Positions 1-9,240 of a DNA stretch of 49,232 nucleotides are shown here, piece by piece. The translations under genes and the position numbers were made by a program. The stretch is from Candidatus Flemingiibacterium sp. (GTDB lineage: Bacteria > Bacillota > Clostridia > Oscillospirales > CAG-272): assembly GCA_045632605.1 (NCBI GenBank), contig JAZQXA010000061.1:1-49232 (forward strand), written 5' to 3'. The notes beneath the pieces were generated by a model. The model worked only from the letters and a program-made list of their open reading frames with translations. It did no database searches and was not told where the DNA came from. Position 1 is the first letter of the stretch, and every line of letters starts with the position of its first letter.

Positions 1-93
1 TCGGGAACCACAGAGATTCCGGTGCCCAAGTATCTTGAATATGAGATTTCCGGAAATAATGTAGACGGTTTTATTGTCACCTGCCAGAAATAA
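1..93 (+). CDS. 3' end of a gene entering from the left, possibly an M15/VanY-type D,D-carboxypeptidase (partial)
   Basis: Frame 1 reads SGTTEIPVPKYLEYEISGNNVDGFIVTCQK-stop and is followed by a terminator; the ISGNNVDGFIVT tail is recalled from clostridial M15 peptidases. Confidence 0.45.
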   Translation, partial: SGTTEIPVPKYLEYEISGNNVDGFIVTCQK

Positions 94-96
94 CAT

Positions 97-122
97 AAAA
101 AGCTGCCGAAAACGGCAGCTTT
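97..122. terminator. Bidirectional intrinsic terminator
   Basis: AAAGCTGCCG-AAAA-CGGCAGCTTT between convergent genes. Confidence 0.8.
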
Positions 123-136
123 AATTTTATGCAAGT

Positions 137-1402
137 TTATGCAAGCAACTGTTCAACTGCGGCGAGCTTTACGCAGAGGCAAAGTACATCGCAGGCTTTC
201 TGCAAATCAGCGTTCGACGGGAATGTCGGAGCGATACGCAGGTTGCGGTCGCGGGGGTCAATTCCGTAAGGGAATGTCGCACCGACGTTTGTCAGAACAA
301 GACCGGCTTCTTTGCAGAGTGAGAATACACGCTTTGCAGTTCCGTCAGGAACATCAAGGCTGATGAAGTAACCGCCTCTCGGCTTGGTCCACTCTGCAAT
401 TCCTGAAAGCTCACGCTCAAATGAGTTGAGAACGATTTCGAACTTCGGACGGATTATATCAGCGTGCTTCTTCATATGTGCAAGGACGCCGTTTGCATCC
501 TTGAAATACTTGACATGACGGAGCATATTAACCTTGTCGTGACCGATTGTCTGAATTGTCATCACCGACTTTATCTGTGCTATGTTTGCATCGCTTGCGG
601 CGATAAGCGCAACGCCTGCACCGGGGAAGCTTACCTTCGATGTGGATGCGAAGTAGTAGACCATATCCTCGTTACCGTTCTTTTTGGCTTCTTCGAAGAT
701 ATCGAGCAGCTTGTCGCTCTCGTCGTAGAGGTCGTGAATAACATACGCATTATCCCACATAATGCGGAAATCCTTTGCGGCAGGCTTTAATGCGGCAAGA
801 CGGCGTACTGTGTCGTCGCTGTATGAGGTTCCTTCGGGATTGGAATATTTCGGAACGCACCAAATGCCTTTAACTGCCGGGTCCGCACAAAGACGTTCAA
901 CCTCGTCCATATCCGGACCGAATTTTGTCATGGGTACGGGAATAAGCTCAAAGTCGAGCGATTCGGTTACTGCGAAATGACGGTCATATCCGGGAACGGG
1001 GCAGAGGAATTTCAGCTTTCCTTCACGGCACCAAGGACCGTTTCCGCCGACAACTCCGTAGATGAGCGCGCGCGCGAGGGCATCGTACATTAAATTAAGG
1101 CTGGAGTTTCCGGCAACGATGATATTCTTTGCAGGAATGCCAAGCAGATCTGAGAAAAGCTTTTTCGCTTCTGGAATACCGTCAAGTCCGCCGTAGTTGC
1201 AGGTGTCAACACCGGCTTCGGTAAAGGCATCTGCACGGGTGCTGACACAGCTCAGGATGCCTTCTGACATATCAATCTGCTCACGGCAAGGCTTTCCGCG
1301 TGACATATCGAGCGACAGACCGCTCGCTTTTATATTTTCATATTCGGCTGTGAGGGCTGCTTTGAGTGCCTCAAGCTCGGATTTTGACATCGAAGTTAAC
1401 AT
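137..1402 (-). CDS. PLP-dependent class I/II aminotransferase (aspartate aminotransferase-like)
   Basis: 421 aa; [37 protein letters not shown] (PLP lysine), GGYF, LRIAP. Confidence 0.88.
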   Translation of the reverse strand: MLTSMSKSELEALKAALTAEYENIKASGLSLDMSRGKPCREQIDMSEGILSCVSTRADAFTEAGVDTCNYGGLDGIPEAKKLFSDLLGIPAKNIIVAGNSSLNLMYDALARALIYGVVGGNGPWCREGKLKFLCPVPGYDRHFAVTESLDFELIPVPMTKFGPDMDEVERLCADPAVKGIWCVPKYSNPEGTSYSDDTVRRLAALKPAAKDFRIMWDNAYVIHDLYDESDKLLDIFEEAKKNGNEDMVYYFASTSKVSFPGAGVALIAASDANIAQIKSVMTIQTIGHDKVNMLRHVKYFKDANGVLAHMKKHADIIRPKFEIVLNSFERELSGIAEWTKPRGGYFISLDVPDGTAKRVFSLCKEAGLVLTNVGATFPYGIDPRDRNLRIAPTFPSNADLQKACDVLCLCVKLAAVEQLLA

Positions 1403-1800
1403 AATGCTCTCCTTTTAAAAAATGCAGTTTCAAAAAAAACAAATTGCAAAAATGTTTATTCATTACCCAATATTATACTATATATTGCAAAAAAATGCAA
1501 GAGGTTTATCTGAAAAATTCTTGATTTTTCATTAAATCGGCAATTTGCCGACTAAATATCTGACAAATACATCTTCTATTGTAATATATTGCATATCTGA
1601 CGGATTTGATATGCAGGATGAGCTGCAGAAAATTGCAAAAGCGAGCTTCATATGACATTTTGCCGTCACCGAGTGTGAAAAAATATCTAAAAATTTTGCT
1701 AATGCTCCAGTACGATTTTTTTCATTTTGCGAATTGTGATTTGTGCGAAAATATGCTACAATAATATTACAGATGATTTTCTGAATAACGAGGTTTTCTT

Positions 1801-2820
1801 ATGCCGTATAAACATGAGTTTTTGTTTCCGGAATACTATAAGGATTTTTCCTGCAAGTGCGGTGACTGCCGTTCAACCTGCTGTCACGGTTGGGGAATAA
1901 CGCTGACTCAGGATGACTACTTCAGAGTTATCAGCACAGACTGTACGCCCGACCTTCGCCGCAGGCTTGATGTCGCCTTTCGCCCGGCGACAAATCCTGC
2001 GCCGACCCCCGAAAGGTATGCGATGATTTCATACAACTGGCTTGGACGTTGCCCGATACAGACCGACGATGGATTCTGTGCGCTTCACCGTGAATGCGGC
2101 GAGGGCTCAATTCCTGAAATTTGCCGCAGATATCCGAGATGCATACGCACTATGCCTATTCATGAAGCTTGTACATCAACAAGCTGTGAATACACGCTCG
2201 AACTTCTTTACCGCGATGATGAACCCGTTCATTTTATAAAGGAAGTAATTGAAGTTTTCGACGAGGAATACGACATTCCTGCGGCGGCAAGGCTGGATGC
2301 GAGTGAATACACCGCAATTCGCGGTAAGGCGTTTTCAATACTTTCGGATCGAAGCTATGATATTGACAGCCGAATTTTATTGCTTGCGGATGAATTTAAC
2401 GCTGAACTGCCTTATAATTCAATGTCACACGAAGATGCAACAAAGCTGTTCGCACGTCTTTTGCCGTCAAGCAATGCGCTTTCCGAAATTTCGGACGAGA
2501 TTGACGAATATTATAATGATGAATCAAGCATAAAGCGTTTTAACCTTGACAGCGTTGAAAAAATGGATATATACCTCGAAAAGATCTTTGTAAATCATGT
2601 GTTTTACAAGGCATTTCCTCGCTCGTTTGAAGGCTCAACGATTAGCGAGGAGATATGCTCGCTTTTGGCAGTGCGTGCGCTTCACAGATATGTCACCGAG
2701 GCATATATTGGCGTACACGGCTGGAGTATTGATAATTTCGTTGACGTTACAGCCAAACTTTTTCGTATGATAGAGCACTCTCGCTTCGACGAAGTTTGTG
2801 CGAGATTTATGGGCGTATAA
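1801..2820 (+). CDS. fliB: Flagellin lysine-N-methylase (FliB) family Cys-rich protein
   Basis: PEYYKDFSCKCGDCRSTCCHGWGI and RCPIQTDDGFCALH...ICRRYPR match the FliB cysteine pattern; RBS GAGG. Confidence 0.75.
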   Translation: MPYKHEFLFPEYYKDFSCKCGDCRSTCCHGWGITLTQDDYFRVISTDCTPDLRRRLDVAFRPATNPAPTPERYAMISYNWLGRCPIQTDDGFCALHRECGEGSIPEICRRYPRCIRTMPIHEACTSTSCEYTLELLYRDDEPVHFIKEVIEVFDEEYDIPAAARLDASEYTAIRGKAFSILSDRSYDIDSRILLLADEFNAELPYNSMSHEDATKLFARLLPSSNALSEISDEIDEYYNDESSIKRFNLDSVEKMDIYLEKIFVNHVFYKAFPRSFEGSTISEEICSLLAVRALHRYVTEAYIGVHGWSIDNFVDVTAKLFRMIEHSRFDEVCARFMGV

Positions 2821-2822
2821 CC

Positions 2823-2863
2823 GAATATATTTCACCTCTGCCGCATATATTTTGGCAGAGGTG
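2823..2863 (+). promoter_or_regulatory. Putative sigma-E promoter embedded in an RBS-occluding hairpin
   Basis: ATA(2825)-16 nt-CATATATT(2844); CACCTCTGCC 2833-2842 pairs with GGCAGAGGTG 2854-2863, which contains the SD. Confidence 0.5.
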
Positions 2864-2872
2864 GTTTTACTT

Positions 2873-3151
2873 ATGAGAATCTGCAGCTTTTGTGAACTCA
2901 AAAACAAAGAAGTTATAAACATCTGCGACGGCAGACGGCTCGGGTTTGTTTCCGACATCGAAATTGATATTGAAAACTGCCGTGTAATTTCGTTAATTAT
3001 GCCGTCAGAGGGAAAGCTTTTTTCGCTCTCAAAATGTGATCCGGTACGCGTTCTTTGGTGCGATATTGAAAAAATCGGTGACGATGTTATTCTCGTGCGC
3101 CGTATAGAGCGCATACCGTCGAAGTGTAATGACAAAAAGTGTGACTGCTGA
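2873..3151 (+). CDS. ylmC: YlmC/YmxH family sporulation protein (PRC barrel)
   Basis: ELKNKEVINICDGRRLGFVSDIEID...WCDIEKIGDDVILV; start moved to ATG 2873 after SD GAGGTG. Confidence 0.88.
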   Translation: MRICSFCELKNKEVINICDGRRLGFVSDIEIDIENCRVISLIMPSEGKLFSLSKCDPVRVLWCDIEKIGDDVILVRRIERIPSKCNDKKCDC

Positions 3152-3152
3152 T

Positions 3153-3194
3153 AAAAATCGGATGCCGCAAAATTTCGGCATCCGATTTGATTTT
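3153..3194. terminator. Bidirectional intrinsic terminator
   Basis: 13-bp stem AAATCGGATGCCG/CGGCATCCGATTT between convergent genes. Confidence 0.8.
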
Positions 3195-3213
3195 ATTCGT
3201 TTTCAGATATTTT

Positions 3214-3972
3214 TCAAGATTCGGCAGCTTCCGTTGTTTCTTCAGGCTCTACCGTTTCTTCAGGTTCTACCGTTTCTTCAGGTTCTACTGTTTCCTCAGA
3301 CTCTACCGTTTCTTCGACGGCGGGAGTCTCAATCCACTTTGCATATAGCTTTCTGCCGGATTTGATCGGCTGCGAGAAATCGAACTTTTCAGTAAGCGCT
3401 TTATCAGTATACCAACCTTCAAGTGTCATACCGTCTTTGTCCTCCAGGTTAAGCGGTTCGAGAATTTCGCCACCATTAACACATACGGACATTACAAGTT
3501 CGTCACCGTCAAAATATCTCATCTTTCTCATGAGGAGAAGAAGGGGGAGAAAATAAGCATTTGAATCTTCAACCGTCTGTCTGGTTTCAAAAATAGGCTC
3601 CGCAATGAGCTGGCCAACTGCTGTGGGATCTGTCTGAATCATTCCATCCGAAGCGATTGTTTCAAGAAGCTGCAATGATTCAAAACCACCGCTGATTTGG
3701 TATGCGCCCCAAATGTTCCAGCCTGTAATATCAGATGAAACGGCGAGATTTGCTTTTTCGTCAAGTTTATATGAAGAATCGCTGATCGAAATAATTTTGT
3801 AATTCTCATCTAAAATAAGATCGCTGTCATACATAACGGTCATATCTTTAATATGTTCGGTTCCGTAGTAAACAATAAGGTCGAAGTCTGCTGCAACAGC
3901 GGGAAGTATAGCGGTCATGCAAATAACAAGTGCAAAAAGAATGGAAATTAGCCCTTTGAGTCGTTTTTTCAT
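3214..3972 (-). CDS. Secreted protein with an InlB B-repeat (Flg_new) domain and acidic repeat tail
   Basis: Signal peptide MKKRLKG...AVAA; KDGMTLEGWYTDKALTEKFDFSQPIKSGRKLYAKW is a B-repeat signature. Confidence 0.7.
   Translation of the reverse strand: MKKRLKGLISILFALVICMTAILPAVAADFDLIVYYGTEHIKDMTVMYDSDLILDENYKIISISDSSYKLDEKANLAVSSDITGWNIWGAYQISGGFESLQLLETIASDGMIQTDPTAVGQLIAEPIFETRQTVEDSNAYFLPLLLLMRKMRYFDGDELVMSVCVNGGEILEPLNLEDKDGMTLEGWYTDKALTEKFDFSQPIKSGRKLYAKWIETPAVEETVESEETVEPEETVEPEETVEPEETTEAAES
3226..3315 (-). repeat. 18-bp coding tandem repeat x5
   Basis: Encodes EETVES-EETVEP-EETVEP-EETVEP-EETTEA. Confidence 0.9.
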
Positions 3973-4151
3973 TAAGTGTTCTCCTTGAGATTGGATTTAG
4001 AAAATATAATTCATATATTTCTTGAAAATATGATACCATATTTTCCACAAATTGTCAATGGCTTTGCAAATAAAAACACACATGTGAAGGCGCTTTTGAG
4101 CAGTACGGAATGAATAATGCATAAATAAATGTAAAAAAAATGTAAACACTA

Positions 4152-4180
4152 TTGCAATAAATGAAATTCTATGATATAAT
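4152..4180 (+). promoter_or_regulatory. sigma-A promoter of rpsB-tsf
   Basis: TTGCAA-17 nt-TATAAT with extended TG. Confidence 0.75.
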
Positions 4181-4186
4181 ATATCG

Positions 4187-4322
4187 GTCAATGACCTGCG
4201 GCGGCATTGATACAAAAAATACAGCCGCGATAACACACACCGCGTGAGGTCGGAAGTTCTCTCCGCAGGGGAGTTTCCCGAATATGCGACGGTGGTGGAA
4301 AAAACTAAAGGAGGACATAAAA
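4187..4322 (+). promoter_or_regulatory. Structured rpsB 5' leader (probable S2 autoregulatory element)
   Basis: About 135-nt GC-rich leader with ACACAC and complementary segments before SD AAAGGAGG; rpsB leaders are known S2 autoregulation sites. Confidence 0.5.
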
Positions 4323-5066
4323 ATGTCTGTTATCACAATTAAGCAGCTTCTTGAGGCTGGTGTACATTTCGGTCACCACACAAGAAGATGGAACCCGAAG
4401 ATGGCTGAATACATCTTCACCGAAAGAAACGGTATCTACATCATCGACCTTCAGAAGACCGTTAAGAAGTTTGACGAAGCTTATAACTTCGTTCGTGACC
4501 TTTCCGCTGAAAAGGGTACTGTCCTTTTCGTTGGTACAAAGAAGCAGGCTGCTGACGCTATCAAGGAAGAAGCAGATCGCTCCGGTATGTACTATGTAAA
4601 CGAGAGATGGCCCGGCGGTATGCTCACCAACTTCAAGACCATCAAGAAGTCCATCAACCGTCTTATCGCTCTCGAAAAGATGCAGGAAGACGGCACCTTC
4701 GATCTCCTTCCCAAGAAGGAAGTCGCTGGTCTTATCAAGGAAATGAACGACCTCGAGCGTAACTACGGCGGTATCAAGACCATGGACCGTCTGCCTGATG
4801 CTGTATTCATCGTTGACCCCAGAAAGGAACACATCGCTGTTCTCGAAGCAAAGAAGCTTGGCATTCCGGTCGTTGCAATCGTTGACACCAACTGCGATCC
4901 TGACGATGCTGACTACATCATCCCTGGTAACGATGATGCTATCCGCGCTATCAAGCTCATCTCTTCTGTTCTTGCTGACGCTATCCTTGAGGGTAAGCAG
5001 GGCGAACAGCTCACAGATGCAGCAGCTGAGGCAGAGGTTGCTGAAGAAGCAGCTGACGCTGAATAA
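4323..5066 (+). CDS. rpsB: 30S ribosomal protein S2
   Basis: [27 protein letters not shown]...GNDDAIRAI; ATG 4323 after AAAGGAGG. Confidence 0.99.
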   Translation: MSVITIKQLLEAGVHFGHHTRRWNPKMAEYIFTERNGIYIIDLQKTVKKFDEAYNFVRDLSAEKGTVLFVGTKKQAADAIKEEADRSGMYYVNERWPGGMLTNFKTIKKSINRLIALEKMQEDGTFDLLPKKEVAGLIKEMNDLERNYGGIKTMDRLPDAVFIVDPRKEHIAVLEAKKLGIPVVAIVDTNCDPDDADYIIPGNDDAIRAIKLISSVLADAILEGKQGEQLTDAAAEAEVAEEAADAE

Positions 5067-5093
5067 TTCTTACAAATCAAAGGAGAATAAAAA

Positions 5094-6005
5094 ATGGCTA
5101 ACATTTCCGCAAAAGACGTTGCTGCTCTCCGCGCAAAGACCGGATGCGGCATGATGGAGTGCAAGAAGGCGCTCGTTGAAGCAGAAGGCAACATTGATGA
5201 GGCTATAAAGGTTCTTCGTGAACGCGGTCTTGCAGTTGCTCAGAAGAAGGCTGACAGAATTGCAGCTGAAGGTGTTGTTAAGATCATGCACAAGGGCGAC
5301 CTCGCAGCTATGATCGAGGTTAACTCCGAGTCTGACTTCGTTGCTAAGAACGAAAAGTTCCAGGCATTCGTTGACCTGCTTCTCGAAACCATCATCGCAA
5401 ACAAGCCTGCTGATGTTGACGCTCTCATGAACTGCGATCTTAACGGCCAGACCGTTGATGCAGCTCTCAAGGAGCAGATCTTCATTATCGGCGAAAAGCT
5501 CACCATTCGCCGTTTCGTAATCGTTGAAGGCGCTGTTTCCACCTATGTTCACGGCGGCGGCACCACCGGCGTTATCGTTAAGTTTGACCTTGACGGTGTT
5601 GCATCTGACGATGCTGCATTCGTTGAGTGCGCACACAACGTAGCTCTTCAGGCAGCGGCTATGAACGCTACCTATGCTAACAAGTCTGATGTTCCTCAGT
5701 CTGCTCTTGACGAGGAAAAGGAAGTTCTTCTCAACCAGATGGCTAACGACCCCAACATGGCTGCTAAGCCTGACAAGGTTAAGGAAAGCATCGTTATGGG
5801 TAAGCTTGGCAAGTTCTATGAGAACAACTGCCTTGCAGAACAGGCATATGTTAAGGACGATTCCATGTCCGTTGCAAAGTATATCGCTTCTGTAAATAAG
5901 GGCATCAAGATCGTAAGCTTCGTTAAGTATGAAAAGGGCGAAGGCCTCCAGAAGAGAGAAGACAACCTTGCTGAAGAGGTTGCAAAGCTCACTTCCGGTC
6001 AGTAA
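5094..6005 (+). CDS. tsf: Elongation factor Ts
   Basis: LRAKTGCGMMECKKAL, EVNSESDFVAKN, IGEKLTIRRF. Confidence 0.99.
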   Translation: MANISAKDVAALRAKTGCGMMECKKALVEAEGNIDEAIKVLRERGLAVAQKKADRIAAEGVVKIMHKGDLAAMIEVNSESDFVAKNEKFQAFVDLLLETIIANKPADVDALMNCDLNGQTVDAALKEQIFIIGEKLTIRRFVIVEGAVSTYVHGGGTTGVIVKFDLDGVASDDAAFVECAHNVALQAAAMNATYANKSDVPQSALDEEKEVLLNQMANDPNMAAKPDKVKESIVMGKLGKFYENNCLAEQAYVKDDSMSVAKYIASVNKGIKIVSFVKYEKGEGLQKREDNLAEEVAKLTSGQ

Positions 6006-6022
6006 TTAACCGAATTTGAAAG

Positions 6023-6064
6023 ATCCTGTCATAGACCGTAATCGATTTATGACAGGATTTTTTT
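6023..6064 (+). terminator. Terminator of rpsB-tsf
   Basis: ATCCTGTCATA/TATGACAGGAT stem followed by a T run. Confidence 0.8.
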
Positions 6065-6236
6065 GTGAATTTTGAGTTATTTTGTGACGGGCGTGTAAAT
6101 AACACGAAAAAACCTCGAAAAATATTAGAACACAAGTAAAATTTTTGCGATAACCCTTTACAAATCGGGCAAAATCGGTTACAATATATATAAGGGTGTT
6201 TATGACTCTATTTAATAATAAGGACGGTACTGTATT

Positions 6237-6992
6237 ATGAGCGAAAATGCCACACCTAAATTTAAACGTGTATTACTTAAGCTTTCCGGCGAAGCTCTTG
6301 CTCCATCCGAGGAAAAGCGCCGTGAGCTTGCCGCAAAGGGCGAATATCCGATACTCGACTATGATATGCTCGACAGAGTTGCAAAGGTGGTAAAAAAGTG
6401 TACCGAAATCGGAACACAGATTTGCATTATTGTTGGCGCAGGCAATATCTGGCGCGGACGTCAGGGAACTAACATGGACAGAACCCGTGCTGACCATATG
6501 GGGATGCTTGCAACCACTATCAATGCGCTCGGTTTGCAGGATTTCTTCGAGCAAAACGGAATTGACACACGTGTTTTGACCGCTGTTGAAATGAAGCAGT
6601 ATGCAGAGCCTTATATCCGTAACCGTGCCGTTTCTCATCTTGAAAAAGGACGAGTTGTCATCCTCGGCGGCGGACTTGGCATTCCGTTTATTTCAACCGA
6701 TACAGCAGCCGCAGTAAGAGCTGCCGAAATCGGTGCGGATGTTATACTTATGGGTAAGAATATCGACGGTATTTACACCGCTGACCCGAAAAAGGATCCC
6801 GAAGCAACACGCTACAAGGAGGTTTCCTATAAGGAAATTCTCGCAAAGGATCTTAAGGCTATGGACTCGACTGCCGCATCTTTCGGCAATGAAAACCATA
6901 TCAAGACATTTGTCTTTGAACTCAAAGAACCCGAAAACATCTATAAGGCTATAATCGGCGATGTTGAGGGTACTATTGTAATAGATGAATAA
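6237..6992 (+). CDS. pyrH: UMP kinase
   Basis: RVLLKLSGEAL, GAGNIWRG, DHMGMLAT, STDTAA; conserved synteny. Confidence 0.97.
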   Translation: MSENATPKFKRVLLKLSGEALAPSEEKRRELAAKGEYPILDYDMLDRVAKVVKKCTEIGTQICIIVGAGNIWRGRQGTNMDRTRADHMGMLATTINALGLQDFFEQNGIDTRVLTAVEMKQYAEPYIRNRAVSHLEKGRVVILGGGLGIPFISTDTAAAVRAAEIGADVILMGKNIDGIYTADPKKDPEATRYKEVSYKEILAKDLKAMDSTAASFGNENHIKTFVFELKEPENIYKAIIGDVEGTIVIDE

Positions 6993-7026
6993 TTGTAAAA
7001 ATTAACTTACAGAAAGGATTAATACT

Positions 7027-7581
7027 ATGAAACTTGATTGCAAAGCTTTTGAAGAAAAAATGAAAAAATCCATCGCATCCTACGAAGGTCAGCTCGCTGA
7101 TATAAGAGCAGGCAGAGCAAATCCTTCGCTTCTCGATAAGATTGATGTTGATTACTACGGTGCGCCTACAAAGCTTAACCAGATGGCTGAAGTTAAGGTT
7201 ACCGATGCAAGAACTATTGTAATCACTCCCTGGGATGCAACAACGCTCAAGAATATGGAAAAGGCAATTCTTGCTTCCGACCTCGGAATTACACCTGCTA
7301 ATGACGGTAAGGTGCTTAGAATCACATTCCCGCAGCTCACCGAGGAGCGCCGTAAGGAGCTCACCAAAAAGGTTGCAAAGATGGGCGACGATGCAAAGGT
7401 TGCAGTCAGAAATATCCGCCGTGAGGCTAACGATGCTGCAAAGAAAATGAAGAAAGACGGAGAGATGACCGAAGACGAGCTTAAAGCTTCAGACAAGTCT
7501 GTTCAGGACCTCACCGACAAGTATATCGCAAGCATTGACGAGATCACTGCACGCAAAAATAAGGAGCTTATGGAAATATAA
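7027..7581 (+). CDS. frr: Ribosome recycling factor
   Basis: IRAGRANP, LTEERRKEL, VAVRNIRR. Confidence 0.98.
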   Translation: MKLDCKAFEEKMKKSIASYEGQLADIRAGRANPSLLDKIDVDYYGAPTKLNQMAEVKVTDARTIVITPWDATTLKNMEKAILASDLGITPANDGKVLRITFPQLTEERRKELTKKVAKMGDDAKVAVRNIRREANDAAKKMKKDGEMTEDELKASDKSVQDLTDKYIASIDEITARKNKELMEI

Positions 7582-7591
7582 GTCCTATGCT

Positions 7592-7622
7592 GGGGATGCC
7601 GTGCAAACGCGGCATCTCTTTT
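7592..7622 (+). terminator. Terminator after frr
   Basis: GATGCCGTG/CGCGGCATC stem then T-rich run. Confidence 0.65.
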
Positions 7623-7647
7623 AATTTTTTATTGATCGGAGATATAA

Positions 7648-8355
7648 ATGTTTACTCACGACCTTGAAAGCGGCAAAAAGAAACTATCGCACATTGCATT
7701 CATAATGGACGGAAACGGCAGATGGGCAAAAAAACGAAATCTTCCGCGTGAAATGGGACATACAGAGGGTGCAAAAACCTTCCGCAAAATTACAGAATAC
7801 TGTTTTCGCGGAGGAATTGACGCGGTTACGATATATGCGTTTTCAACCGAGAACTGGAGCCGCCCGAAGCACGAGGTTAACGCCATAATGACGCTTTTTG
7901 CTTCATATCTGAAGCAGGGCATAAAGGAAATGACAGAGAAAGACACCCGTGTTACTTTCCTCGGAGATAAATCTCCGTTCCCGGAGGATACGCGCAAATT
8001 GATGGAACGTCTTGAGAGCGAATCGGCTGGGAATAAATATCAGCTTAATGTAGCAGTCAATTACGGCGGCAGGGCTGAAATTGTTAACTCTGTAAACAGA
8101 CTTGCGGCATCGGGGGTTACTGAATTTACTGAAGAATTGATCGAATCCGAATTATATACAAAAGGACAGAATGATCCGGATTTGATTGTTCGTTCCGCAG
8201 GCGAAATGCGTCTTTCAAATTTCCTTACGTGGCAGTCGGTATATTCTGAATTTTATTTTTCGGACACTTTATGGCCGGACTTTTCCGGAGATGATGTTGA
8301 TGCCGCGGTTGATGCATATTACCACCGTGTACGCCGGTTCGGCGGAGTTGTATAA
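7648..8355 (+). CDS. uppS: Undecaprenyl diphosphate synthase (cis-prenyltransferase)
   Basis: HIAFIMDGNGRWA, YAFSTENWSRP, NYGGR, RLSNFL, RRFGG. Confidence 0.97.
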   Translation: MFTHDLESGKKKLSHIAFIMDGNGRWAKKRNLPREMGHTEGAKTFRKITEYCFRGGIDAVTIYAFSTENWSRPKHEVNAIMTLFASYLKQGIKEMTEKDTRVTFLGDKSPFPEDTRKLMERLESESAGNKYQLNVAVNYGGRAEIVNSVNRLAASGVTEFTEELIESELYTKGQNDPDLIVRSAGEMRLSNFLTWQSVYSEFYFSDTLWPDFSGDDVDAAVDAYYHRVRRFGGVV

Positions 8356-8376
8356 TCTTTTTTGAGGTGACTTTTT

Positions 8377-9237
8377 ATGAAACTTCGTATAATCACTGCT
8401 ATTATTGGAATACCGCTTGTTGTGCTTGTGTTGCTGTATTCCCACACAATTGTGATGCCGATTACGCTGGCTCTTTTTTCGGCAGTCGGTGTTTTTGAAA
8501 TGCTTGGCTGTATCGGTCAGAGAAAAAAGCTTGAAATAACAATACCGTCATTGATTTTTGCGGCTATCGTTCCTTTTTCTGCACGATATGTTGTTACTTT
8601 TTCTGCAAGAAATTCGTATTTTCTTGCGGTGTTCGGCGTTGCCGCATTTATTTATATGTTTTATCTTATGTCACTTGCTGTTGTTTCAAAGGGGACAAAA
8701 TTGATTGGCGATATGGCACTAGCAGCGGCGACATCAATGTATATAACTGTTGGATTTTCGAGCATGGTTATGCTTCGTGATATGAGCTATAACGAGAATT
8801 ATTTCGGTTTCTATCTGTTCATGCTTATTTTTATTGGTGCTTGGATACCGGACTGTGCAGGATATTTTTGCGGAAGAGCCTTTGGAAAGCACAAGCTTAT
8901 TCCGGACGTCAGTCCCAAAAAGACAGTTGAAGGCGCAATAGGCGGCGTGATTTTCGGCGGTCTTTCATTTGTGGGTTTTGGCGCAATTATAAATGCTGTC
9001 AATCTTGGTGAACCGAGATATTTGTCGCTTGCAATTACCGGCTGTGTTGTAGCGGTTGTTTCAATTTTCGGTGACCTTATCGCTTCGCTTATCAAACGTC
9101 AGTACGGTATTAAAGACTATGGAAAGCTTTTTCCCGGGCATGGCGGAGTAATGGACAGATTCGACTCGATTATCGCGATATCACCGTTTTTACTCATGAT
9201 ATGCTCGCATCCGGATATTTTCAGACTGTTTGCATAA
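8377..9237 (+). CDS. cdsA: Phosphatidate cytidylyltransferase
   Basis: SPKKTVEG, KRQYGIKDYGKLFPGHGGVMDRFDS. Confidence 0.97.
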   Translation: MKLRIITAIIGIPLVVLVLLYSHTIVMPITLALFSAVGVFEMLGCIGQRKKLEITIPSLIFAAIVPFSARYVVTFSARNSYFLAVFGVAAFIYMFYLMSLAVVSKGTKLIGDMALAAATSMYITVGFSSMVMLRDMSYNENYFGFYLFMLIFIGAWIPDCAGYFCGRAFGKHKLIPDVSPKKTVEGAIGGVIFGGLSFVGFGAIINAVNLGEPRYLSLAITGCVVAVVSIFGDLIASLIKRQYGIKDYGKLFPGHGGVMDRFDSIIAISPFLLMICSHPDIFRLFA

Positions 9238-9240
9238 TCG

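Noticed and set aside
4305-5636. Antisense ORFs over rpsB and tsf (similarly 41305-42126 and many short overlapping ORFs)
   Set aside because: Shadow frames of well-supported genes with no recognisable domains
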